Source: Nemertoderma westbladi (Eukaryota; Animalia; Xenacoelomorpha). From it: a DNA stretch of 35,102 nt. Numbering within the stretch: the stretch's first letter is position 1; each line of letters begins with the position of its first letter. A program made the position numbers and the translations under genes. The DNA lies in contig JAUCBJ010003963.1 in the NCBI GenBank assembly GCA_032718475.1, positions 1 through 35,102 on the forward strand, given 5' to 3'. Below are positions 21,042 to 29,855 of the stretch, one piece after another. The notes below the pieces were generated by a model. It had not been told where the DNA came from. It made no database searches and saw only the letters and a program-made list of their open reading frames with translations.

Positions 21042-22334
21042 ATGGACCCAAATCGCCAAATTATCGGCGAATTACGTAACACGATAGATCTACTGGAATA
21101 TTCGCAACCCGGATCTCCTGACTTTGATACAAATTGGAGCACCCTGCTAAATGAGAACGTGCGAGTCGTTAAATTCACCAGGCGAGAGGGACCGGATTCC
21201 AAGAATCTACGAGCCCTCTGGTTAGCCGATGCTAGTACGAGACTGAAAAGAACTCGGAACGCAAAGGCAACCGGAGGGGACGATTCGTCGTTTTGGGAAA
21301 CGTTCCGGCAAAGCATCTACAGATCCCGATGTTTGATCTACGACAACGAGGGAAACGCGACGCCCACCTCGAAAGCGATTACGTTGGCGAGATGTCAAAG
21401 TTTCGTCGACGACAAGAGTACGTACCTCGCCCACTGGGGAAACCTGTCGGAGTGTACGGCGACGCTTCGAGAGGAACGTATATCGACCATCCAAAGTCGC
21501 GACGACTACCAAGAAAAGTACGGGGCGAAAGAATACGGTCGATCCTTGGTCGTCGTCCTCGGAACACTGGACGGTTTGGTATTGGTGTGTCGAATATTTC
21601 CGACGCCCAGACAGGAAGTGCAGGCAGCCGGAGCGATCTGGTTGCTACGTCCGGAAATCCAAAAGATCCTCTTCGACTTCGACGTCATTAAAATCGGGTC
21701 GGATATAAAGGCGGACGTCCGGAACGACTACGCGAACGCTCCCTCAGGAAGAAACCGACGGGACGACCTCAACGCCCTTAGCCATTGCGTCGACACTCAA
21801 ACGCTATTAGCCTGGTTACGATTCGCCGAGTTCATGCGAGGATTCCGGGAGGTAAGACCGACGAAATCCGGGATCGGCTACCTTGCCGTGCTAAACGGCG
21901 GCATCGACTTCAAACCCCAGAAATTCCGGGACTATAATAAAATATATGGTGGATACCCGGGATTAGAAATAAAGAGCGAGCAAGAGGGTCGATGGAAGGA
22001 CGTTGATCGGAAGTGGACGATACACCAAAGGTGGGAGAACCCCGATCGACGGAACTACGTTTACGTCGTTATGGAGTGCTACACCGTCGCTAAGTTTATC
22101 TGTAAAACTCTCGATAACCTTATTACGGCGGTTCCTCTTTCCTTCGTTGACTACGACTGGAATGAGGTCATAAACCACGCATTCAAAGCGGTCGAGAACA
22201 TCACACCGGGAGAGACTAAAATGCTCGCCGTTATCGATTCCTGGGACGAGAGCGGACCTTACGACATCCCCACGATTACCGATCTTCTCGGTGCGGAGGA
22301 GCCTCTGATCTCTTCGGAAGGGGAAGAAATATAG
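21042..22334 (+). CDS. Accessory ORF3 of the BEL element: DnaQ-like DEDDy 3'-5' exonuclease (WRN-exo/EXD/MUT-7/RNase D-like)
   Basis: ExoI CLIYDNEG (D101, E103); SLVVVLGTLDGLVLVCRI; LRPEIQKILFDFDVIKIGSDIKAD (ExoII D225, compare WRN [23 protein letters not shown]); VDTQTL; ExoIII WENP...YVVMECY (Y341, with E345 in place of D). Confidence 0.7.
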   Translation: MDPNRQIIGELRNTIDLLEYSQPGSPDFDTNWSTLLNENVRVVKFTRREGPDSKNLRALWLADASTRLKRTRNAKATGGDDSSFWETFRQSIYRSRCLIYDNEGNATPTSKAITLARCQSFVDDKSTYLAHWGNLSECTATLREERISTIQSRDDYQEKYGAKEYGRSLVVVLGTLDGLVLVCRIFPTPRQEVQAAGAIWLLRPEIQKILFDFDVIKIGSDIKADVRNDYANAPSGRNRRDDLNALSHCVDTQTLLAWLRFAEFMRGFREVRPTKSGIGYLAVLNGGIDFKPQKFRDYNKIYGGYPGLEIKSEQEGRWKDVDRKWTIHQRWENPDRRNYVYVVMECYTVAKFICKTLDNLITAVPLSFVDYDWNEVINHAFKAVENITPGETKMLAVIDSWDESGPYDIPTITDLLGAEEPLISSEGEEI

Positions 22335-22471
22335 CTAAACGAGGGCGTTCTTCTCTCCACCCCGAAGCGACAACTCGAGCCGGAGGCTGCTTACCAACCG
22401 GCCGCCAAACGGGTTGCCTCCACCGAACCAACTATGGAAGCGGGCGTTTCCTCACCACTCGGCTTCGGTAG

Positions 22472-23554
22472 CCCTGCGAGGGAGTTGGTTACTACCTTCG
22501 CGTTAAACGACTTCGGCGATACGTGCCAAAGGTTATCCCCGTATCCTTTCCCGGGTGGCGAAGACTGGTCGTCGGAGATTCCGAGTACCAGGAATCAACG
22601 GACCCGCTCAGCGATATTGGTCGAGAAGGGCCCCAGCGCTGCGCCGACTCCCGACGATCTCCTCGGAATCCCTCCGTCGAAAACCCCTCCGTCATCCACC
22701 GCCAGAAACGGTCGTCCGAGTTGAGGCCGACGGGACACAAAGAAGGTTATCGGAGCGAAGAACTACTACGCCAAAGCCCAGCCTTCCGCGGGCTACCGAC
22801 CACCGCGAATATCCAGAAGAGCGACCGACGACTCGAGTATCACGTCGGCGTCCCGATTCCGATATTTCCCGGTCGAGAGATGCAGTTGGAGGTGTGCGGC
22901 GACTGTGGTTCGGAGCAGTGCCCACGCGGTAGAAGGAATCGGGTTACCGATTCATGCCTCCAGCTCCTCGGGATACTCTATTGCCCATACTGCGCGACAT
23001 CGGGCCACGACGTTTCCGTCTGTCCGATCCTATATAACCTCTGCACCACGTGCGGTTTCCGCGGGCATTCCTCTAGCCCCCGCTGCTATATCAAATGTCC
23101 TACCAAAGACGTTACCACTATGGGAAATATGGTCATGTTTGAAACATACGCAAACAGCCACATAAAGACCAAGGTTCGGAGAAACGCTCGGAATATCGCG
23201 CAGGAGATGGCGTGCAGGTACTTCTCCTTCCCGGAACACCTCCACACGTCGGCCACGTTGCCTTTCCATTACGTGGATTTGTTGCTGAGCGCTGGATTAT
23301 TCGGCCCATTCGAAGTCATTAGACGCTTATACTCGTATAAAGAGGAGTTCGGCGACGGAGAGTGGTTCCTCGAGGCTCGCAACTCCGAGTTGGAACGACG
23401 AACCGATATGCTACCGATGCCATCGAAAGGAAGAGCCGCCAGGAGACAAGCCGAAGCGTTGCTCACGATGGATGTTGACGCTCCTCTACCAGCTATTGCG
23501 ATCGACGAGAGCCGACGGGCGAAGAGGCGAAAGGCGTATCAGAGAAAGAAATAG
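22472..23554 (+). CDS. Accessory ORF4: CCHC zinc-knuckle protein with Arg/Lys-rich C-terminus; start uncertain, possibly the broken C-terminal half of ORF3
   Basis: CPYCATSGHDVSVC (Cx2Cx4Hx4C, 22982-23023), CTTCGFRGHSSSPRC (23042-23086), CGDCGSEQC, and terminal RRAKRRKAYQRKK. The frame is open from 22472 with no ATG for over 130 codons. Confidence 0.7.
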   Translation, partial: PCEGVGYYLRVKRLRRYVPKVIPVSFPGWRRLVVGDSEYQESTDPLSDIGREGPQRCADSRRSPRNPSVENPSVIHRQKRSSELRPTGHKEGYRSEELLRQSPAFRGLPTTANIQKSDRRLEYHVGVPIPIFPGREMQLEVCGDCGSEQCPRGRRNRVTDSCLQLLGILYCPYCATSGHDVSVCPILYNLCTTCGFRGHSSSPRCYIKCPTKDVTTMGNMVMFETYANSHIKTKVRRNARNIAQEMACRYFSFPEHLHTSATLPFHYVDLLLSAGLFGPFEVIRRLYSYKEEFGDGEWFLEARNSELERRTDMLPMPSKGRAARRQAEALLTMDVDAPLPAIAIDESRRAKRRKAYQRKK

Positions 23555-23717
23555 TGGATCGGGATATTCCAGGAACATTTATCGAACATTTATTTTTATA
23601 CATATATATAAACTCTAGGCCAAATTAATTAAAACTATGCAATATTAAATTTGGGTTTTTTATATTGGGAATGACCTACGCAAACTCAATCTACTGACAG
23701 ACTTCACGAAGGTCATT

Positions 23718-23724
23718 GGGGGGG
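23718..23724 (+). promoter_or_regulatory. Polypurine tract (G7)
   Basis: GGGGGGG-AC immediately precedes the 3' LTR TG. Confidence 0.8.
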
Positions 23725-23726
23725 AC

Positions 23727-24742
23727 TGTTCGCGGTATTTCAACTTTCCATAACGCGAGTTGAATATTTTTTGTATTGATTTAAAATGATTATTCCGATA
23801 TTACTACTGGGTGCGGGACCATGGGTTTTGGGCACATTCTATAAACTGGGGGCGATTTATGGGCGAACTTTTTCGAACTAATTTCATGTTTATAAGGGCC
23901 AGGGGGGATGGAAAATTCAAGCAGTATTCAGGTTAGCCTGATTACTATTAGGCCCTGGCCAACTTCCTGCTGTCTGTAGAGGTGGATTTGGTAACGCGCC
24001 AGGCCTAAAGGACAAGGACTGCCCTTAGCGGTCCCTGGCCAACAGCAGTTATTACGAGACTGAAAAGAACTCGGAACGCTGACTGCTTGTGTCAGGGATT
24101 TGCGACGGGAAACGACACGACAGACCCCTAGCCAAGCCGTACTGGTTCTCGATGATCGTTCCCTTCGGGGTTCGTGAGGGGTGGGACGGACACGCGAAAG
24201 GGTCTACCGACTTCCGAAGGAAGGGTTTGACGAGGACTGCCCTTAGCGGTCTCTGGTCAACAGCAGTTATTACGAGACTGAAAAGAACTCTGAACGCTGA
24301 CTGCTTGTACCAGGGATTTGCGACGGGACCGACGACAGACCCCTTAGCCAAGCCGTACTGGTTCTCGATGATCGTTCCCTTCGGGGTTCGTGAGGGGTGG
24401 GACGGACACGCGACGGGGTCGAAAGATAAAGGACTAGACTCTACTGGCCTACCGACTGTTCGGAGCAGTTTCTCGGTTGCCGAAGCGACTACGAGCCTGA
24501 AAGGGACTCGGAAAGGTTTGATTTGGGGAAGCCCAAAATTATTCTCAATCAGGTTCAACAGAGTTCAGTTACATTAAAGAGTATATCCAACTAATGCAGC
24601 TTTTTCTCAACCGCAACCTGCATCTCAGAAATCATTCCTTCTCCACAATCAATATCCGGTGACTGGCCGGGGCTCGGTGGTCTGTAAAGTCACGTCTCCA
24701 GCATCGGCGTTTTTCCCCCCTGGTGTTGGGATAACGGCAACA
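23727..24742 (+). repeat. 3' LTR (1016 bp), lacking ~460 bp present in the 5' LTR
   Basis: Matches the 5' LTR except for about 7 substitutions counted by eye, a short indel near 23870, and absence of the 5'-LTR segment ~12347-12806. Confidence 0.95.
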
Positions 24743-25286
24743 GTAGCTCCTTACAGTAGCTCCTTACAGTAGCTCCTTACAGTAGCTCCTTACAGTAGCT
24801 CCTTACAGTAGCTCCTTACAGTAGCTCCTTACAGTAGCTCCTTTACAGTAGCTCCTTACAGTAGCTCCTTACAGTAGCTCCTTACAGTAGCTCCTTACAG
24901 TAGCTCCTTACAGTAGCTCCTTACAGTAGCTCCTTACAGTAGCTCCTTACAGTAGCTCCTTACAGTAGCTCCTTACAGTAGCTCCTTACAGTAGCTCCTT
25001 TACAGTAGTTCCTTACAGTAGCTCCTTACAGTAGCTCCTTACAGTAGCTCCTTACAGTAGCTCCTTGCAGTAGCTCCTTACAGTAGCTCCTTACAGTAGC
25101 TCCTTACAGTAGCTCCTTACAGTAGCTCCTTACAGTAGCTCCTTACAGTAGCTCCTTACAGTAGCTCCTTTACAGTAGCTCCTTACAGTAGCTCTTTACA
25201 GTAGCTCCTTACAGTAGCTCCTTACAGTAGCTCCTTACAGTAGCTCCTTTACAGTAGCTCCTTACAGTAGCTCCTTTACAGTAGCT
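24743..25286. repeat. 13-bp minisatellite, block 2 (~41 units)
   Basis: Same TTACAGTAGCTCC unit as block 1. Confidence 0.99.
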
Positions 25287-25445
25287 TATTGCTGATATTG
25301 GATTGAGACAAATACAAACAATAAAAAAAAAAAACACAAAACAAACAATGGCTGTAATACCCACCACCAGGAAACAATCATACTTTAAAAATAACTTTTA
25401 GGTAGGAGTGGGAAAAGTCCAACAATATATTATTTACAGGTTTAT

Positions 25446-28400
25446 TTACATGGCCAATGTTGGGAGACCGGCCCCGTCCTCAAATCCCAGACCGCTACGC
25501 CACCTCGTGCGAGATCCGCGCAGGCAGTGGGACGTACCGCGGACAATGGCGAACTGCACTCGCGTGCGGACCCATCCCATAACGGTGGTGTAGGGTTTAC
25601 CCCAGGCGCTGTGGAGTTTGGTGGCGATAATGCGGAGCAGCATGTTCGCCTGCGGTGCCAACACTCCGTCGCACGAAGCCACGAAAGGTGAGAAGTCGCC
25701 GCGACGAGCTGCTACAGCAGCCGCGTACAACCGCTTCTTCTCATCTTCCGCAGCCTCGAGAATGGTCATAGGAGCACGTTTAGCGTAAGACTCGGCGTCA
25801 AGGTTGGTTGACCTGATATCGATCAACGCCTGAGTCTGTGCGTTAAACGCGCCCCTAATCCCTACATCGCACCGCAGCCCTGCCCCATCACCGTCCTCCA
25901 TCTGCTCCCTCACCACCGGCTCCAACATGACATTGCGCGGCCCCAACGCCAATGCTGCAAGGTCACCCACGGTGTCGCGCAACTCATTGTGGCGCTGGAT
26001 GACGAGGCCGCCCTTCTTACAATTCAAACCATGGTTCAAATCAAAGGCGGCCCCACATCCGTCGCACCGACTGGGAACGCCGAGGAGGGGTTTCCCGTAC
26101 CGAACTGCCACCGCATCGCGGAATTCTCGTGGGGAAAGGTCGTACTGGAGGTCAGCCCGGGGGAGAGAAGAGATCCAGCTGCCGGTTTTATACTCCGCCG
26201 CACGGCGGATTGTGCGGCAGCGGTGTTCGGTCAATGCCCCCATGGCCTCCTCGAACTTGGAAATCTCAGCCAGCTTCCTGGTCTCACCATCCTCCTTCCT
26301 CGCCCTCACTAAACATTCCCGATGAGCTGAGAGATCAAACTCTTCTGTTCCAGCCATCGCACCACAGAGAAATCGGGTCCCTCGGGTTGAGACGAGGTAC
26401 GACGGGTTGGCCTCGGTTACCGGGTTTCGCAGACCCATACCTCCGCGTTGTGGGGACAAACTGAAGAGTTTGCGCTCGTCCGGCGTGATGGACCCTCCGA
26501 GCACGGCGGGGAGAAACCGTTCGGCGATGGCTGTTTCAAGGACGGTGAATTCCTCTTCGCAGTCAGCGGTGACCCTCTGTATGTAGGCCCACTCGCGCTG
26601 CAGCGAGCAAACCATGGCGGAGAAGGCCGCCTGCGGCTGGGAATCTGCCATGGTTGCCAACACGTCAGTCGCATCTACCCATGCCGCTACCTTCGCCCGG
26701 ACAAATTGGCGCCGCTCTCCCGAACTCCCGAGGAACCCACCGAGAAATCGGTGTCCTGTGACCACTTTTACGGGGTGGTCATGGAACACTCTGCGGGCCT
26801 CGTCTTCATGTTCCGGGGCTACCACCAGGTAGCACTTCGACGGCTCGGGATTGTAGCCATAGGATGGTCCAATGTTGAGCAGCCTCTCGAACCACCGCAG
26901 TAGGTCGGCGAGTTCACCCGCCCCGGCCGAGTCGTCGGCGTACCAGCTCTCGCGAACCGATGGGGACCGAAGGTGGCGGATCAACGGGAGGGCTCCGGTG
27001 GCGTACATGAGCATTGCCAGTGGGTCGCCCTGAGTTACGCCCTCCGCACTGAATATGATGGTATCTGTCCCCTTCATCACAAGGATGCTGTGACCACGGT
27101 AGCTATTATAGAGGAATGTGGAGCAACATGGCCACAGGCAACGAGCGTTCCACAATGCGGCCACCCGGTTGAGTGAGTTGAACGCATTCGCCGCATCCAC
27201 CAATAGCACGCCCCAACCCGAGTCGGCGTTGTCCTCGAAGAGTGACGACATCGAGTGTATCGCCGCCTCAACTCCGGCTGAGGTCCCCGCGGACAGCTGT
27301 TCGGCGCCACACGTGATGGTGACGTCGTCCCCTGTGATCACAGCCATTGTGCGGGCCATTATCCGGCGGAGACACTCCCCGATTCCGATAGGCCGCACAC
27401 CCGGACACTTATCCAGCGCTATAAGTCGGCCAGACATCAGCGCACGGACCGACTCCCATGGGACGACAACATTCGCTAGTGTGCGGGTGAATGCAGCCAC
27501 AGTGTCACGAAGTCGCTCGCTGTGGGCGCCGTAGCGGAGCAGGTAATCCCGCCAGCGCGTTGAGTCGCTGCCTGCGGGCCCACTCCCACCGTGGAGCCGC
27601 CGAGCGACATCCTCAATGTGTGCCGCAGTCACGTCGACGTCGACTTTGAGTGGCAGCTCGCTACAATGGATGGTTGAGTCCGAGTTGGGAAGAGCCGCCG
27701 CAGGGTGTTTGTCCTGTAGTACATCGAGGACCTTGACCCTACGCTGACCAACCTCGATGTCCGCTTCTGGTTCCAGAACTCCTCCTGAATCTCGTCCCGT
27801 CACCCAACGGACCGCGCTCCTAACCTTGCCCTCTAGCATGAGCCTCGTGAACACTCGGACTGTGTGGCCGACATCCTTATCTGAGGGCTGAGTTCCACTG
27901 CGCCTCCCTGAAGAACGCAGAGAGGAGCCACGCTCAGCCTCCTGTAACAGAGCGTCTATCTCACCGGAGCGCCACATCACCACCCTGCGGCTGATAAGGC
28001 GGCGAATATCGGCTGCCTTCACGATATTCGGATCTCGGTGCGTGATCAGTGCATCAGCCATCATCAGTCGTTCGGAACGAGCCAAGACGTCCCCCCGACT
28101 GAGTCCCACCACCAAGCTCCGGACCTCGGTGTCGAGGAGGGACACGACATCCCTTCCAACAGAACCACCTGGAAGTCTATATCGGGATCCCTGCAGCTGG
28201 GTGACTCTGCGCCACTGGTGTAGTAGGTGGTCGGGAGGAGCCCCTCTGCCGCTAAGTGGCGCACCAAAAGCTCTTTCCATAAGACCTTCAGGGTCTACAC
28301 TCTGAGGGGGAGCTGAAGCACCAGGTAGCCAGAACTGATCGAAAGTGTCCATAGGGTTGACCCTGCTTCTGTTTGGAAGGAGTGTGGAGCCGACTCCTGA

Positions 28401-29066
28401 CTTTGGAATGGTGGCGTTCGTAGGCGGCGTCTTTTGAAGGGTGGCATTCGAGGGAGGAGTCTGTTGATCGGTGGCGTTTGTGGGCGGCGTCTTTTGAAGA
28501 GTGGCGTTTTTGGGCGGCGTCTTTTGAACGGTGGCATTCGAGGGTGACGTCTTTTGAACGGAGGCGTTCGTGGACGGCGTCTGTTGAATGGTGGTGTTCA
28601 TGGGTGGCGTCTGTTGAATGGTGGCGTTTGTGGGCAGCGTTAGTTGAACAGTGGCGTTCGTGGGTGACGTCTTTTGAACGGTGGTGTTCGTGCGCAGTGT
28701 CTGTTGAACGGCGGCGTTCGCGGGCGGCGTCAGTTGAACGGTGGCGTTCGTGGGAGTAGTCTGTTGAACGGTGGCGTTCGTTCGGGACCCGTCTGTTAGC
28801 GTAACGTCCAGATCCTCCAACGTATCGTCGTTGAGGCTGCCGGAGGGAGAACCTGGGTAAACCGGCTGGGATAGAGACGTTGGAGATAGTGGCTTTACCT
28901 TGTCACTATCAGGCCGCGGCTGTGAAGAAAAAGAAGAAGATCTCCTGCCGTTTTCACAGTTCCCACTCTTTCCGGGGGCGCAATTTCGGCAACCCACTCC
29001 GCTCTTAGCACAAGAGCATGTCTTGCAGCGACCGGTCTTCCCATTGCAGACACAACAGGGCGCCAT
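25446..29066 (-). CDS. 1206-aa RT-RLE polyprotein
   Basis: N-terminal Cys cluster (CCVC..CKTCSC..CRNC..C). RT: GVRPIGIGECLRR, VDAANAFNSLNR, GVTQGDPL, WYADD. C-terminal CDGC...H...C finger, RHNELRD, RCD...IDI, AEDEKKRLY and FSPFVASCDG endonuclease motifs. Confidence 0.93.
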   Translation of the reverse strand: MAPCCVCNGKTGRCKTCSCAKSGVGCRNCAPGKSGNCENGRRSSSFSSQPRPDSDKVKPLSPTSLSQPVYPGSPSGSLNDDTLEDLDVTLTDGSRTNATVQQTTPTNATVQLTPPANAAVQQTLRTNTTVQKTSPTNATVQLTLPTNATIQQTPPMNTTIQQTPSTNASVQKTSPSNATVQKTPPKNATLQKTPPTNATDQQTPPSNATLQKTPPTNATIPKSGVGSTLLPNRSRVNPMDTFDQFWLPGASAPPQSVDPEGLMERAFGAPLSGRGAPPDHLLHQWRRVTQLQGSRYRLPGGSVGRDVVSLLDTEVRSLVVGLSRGDVLARSERLMMADALITHRDPNIVKAADIRRLISRRVVMWRSGEIDALLQEAERGSSLRSSGRRSGTQPSDKDVGHTVRVFTRLMLEGKVRSAVRWVTGRDSGGVLEPEADIEVGQRRVKVLDVLQDKHPAAALPNSDSTIHCSELPLKVDVDVTAAHIEDVARRLHGGSGPAGSDSTRWRDYLLRYGAHSERLRDTVAAFTRTLANVVVPWESVRALMSGRLIALDKCPGVRPIGIGECLRRIMARTMAVITGDDVTITCGAEQLSAGTSAGVEAAIHSMSSLFEDNADSGWGVLLVDAANAFNSLNRVAALWNARCLWPCCSTFLYNSYRGHSILVMKGTDTIIFSAEGVTQGDPLAMLMYATGALPLIRHLRSPSVRESWYADDSAGAGELADLLRWFERLLNIGPSYGYNPEPSKCYLVVAPEHEDEARRVFHDHPVKVVTGHRFLGGFLGSSGERRQFVRAKVAAWVDATDVLATMADSQPQAAFSAMVCSLQREWAYIQRVTADCEEEFTVLETAIAERFLPAVLGGSITPDERKLFSLSPQRGGMGLRNPVTEANPSYLVSTRGTRFLCGAMAGTEEFDLSAHRECLVRARKEDGETRKLAEISKFEEAMGALTEHRCRTIRRAAEYKTGSWISSLPRADLQYDLSPREFRDAVAVRYGKPLLGVPSRCDGCGAAFDLNHGLNCKKGGLVIQRHNELRDTVGDLAALALGPRNVMLEPVVREQMEDGDGAGLRCDVGIRGAFNAQTQALIDIRSTNLDAESYAKRAPMTILEAAEDEKKRLYAAAVAARRGDFSPFVASCDGVLAPQANMLLRIIATKLHSAWGKPYTTVMGWVRTRVQFAIVRGTSHCLRGSRTRWRSGLGFEDGAGLPTLAM
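28408..28780 (-). repeat. 30-bp coding tandem repeat (QQTPPTNATV-like, ~12-13 copies) in the CRE ORF
   Basis: GTGGCGTTCGTGGGCGGCGTCTKTTGAACG-like units on +. Confidence 0.95.
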
Positions 29067-29271
29067 ACAGGCGCAAGTAACTTGGCTTGCGAACTGAATG
29101 GGATAGTACCAATCTTACCCAAGTACTATACTATGGCGCCTAGCTGTCTGGCAGTTGGCTATCTCAGCATATGCAGTACAGCAGTAGCGGTATGTCCTAC
29201 TATTACTTCGCTATATTGACTGTCATTTTCTAATCTGGTAAAGTAAGTAACTCCCCCAACAGTACCCAAGG

Positions 29272-29607
29272 TTTACAGTAGCTCCTTTACAGTAGCTCCT
29301 TACAGTAGCTCCTTTACAGTAGCTCCTTACAGTAGCTCCTTTACAGTAGCTCCTTACAGTAGCTCCTTTACAGTAGCTCCTTACAGTTGCTCCTTTACAG
29401 TAGCTCCTTACAGTAGCTCCTTTACAGTAGCTCCTTACAGTAGCTCCTTTACAGTAGCTCCTTACAGTAGCTCCTTTACAGTAGCTCCTTACAGTAGCTC
29501 CTTACAGTAGCTCCTTTACAGTAGCTCCTTTACATTAGCTCCTTATAGTAGCTCTTTACAGTAGCTCCTTACAGTAGCTCCTTACAGTAGCCCCTTACAG
29601 TAGCTCC
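29272..29607. repeat. 13/14-bp minisatellite, block 3 (~25 units; alternating TT/TTT variants)
   Basis: Same unit; a regular 13+14 alternation over part of the block gives a 27-bp higher-order repeat. Confidence 0.99.
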
Positions 29608-29855
29608 ATTCTAGTACTGTAGGATTAATTTAAGACTTTCCTCGTTTCCTGAGAGAGAACTGGCCGATTTATGTATTCATAACAATGGAAATCTTATCCA
29701 AAGGCAGACTTTTCTAACCAAAACAATAAACGTAACTAATTACGTAATTAAGGAAAGAGGCATGTTTCAGTGTCAGTGTTTCCTAACCAAAACAATAAAC
29801 GAAACTAGATTTTGCAATTAACGGAAAGGAGACGGCTACAGTGTCTTCTACAATT

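Larger units (their letters stand above)
11540..24742 (+). mobile_element. BEL/Pao LTR retrotransposon (13.2 kb) with accessory ORFs; this copy is disrupted
   Basis: TG...CA LTRs, 5-bp TSD GTAGC (11535-11539, 24743-24747), gag-PR-RT-RH-IN order, BEL-type triple zinc knuckle and RT motifs. Confidence 0.97.
25287..29271 (-). mobile_element. Apparently full-length CRE-clade non-LTR retrotransposon (RT plus restriction-like endonuclease) inserted in the minisatellite
   Basis: Single intact ORF, ~205-nt 5' UTR, ~160-nt U-rich 3' UTR, no poly(A) tail. Flanks are consistent with a 12-bp TSD (TTTACAGTAGCT) or a 25-bp TSD (25262-25286 and 29273-29297). Confidence 0.85.

Noticed and set aside
21042-23554. 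env gene
   Set aside because: No evident signal peptide or transmembrane anchor; motifs indicate an exonuclease and zinc knuckles.
10767-29607. Telomeric repeat or Helitron-borne satellite
   Set aside because: The unit (GGAGCTACTGTAA on -) is not TTAGG-like and is intronic. CTAG at ~29611 lacks a Helitron subterminal hairpin.
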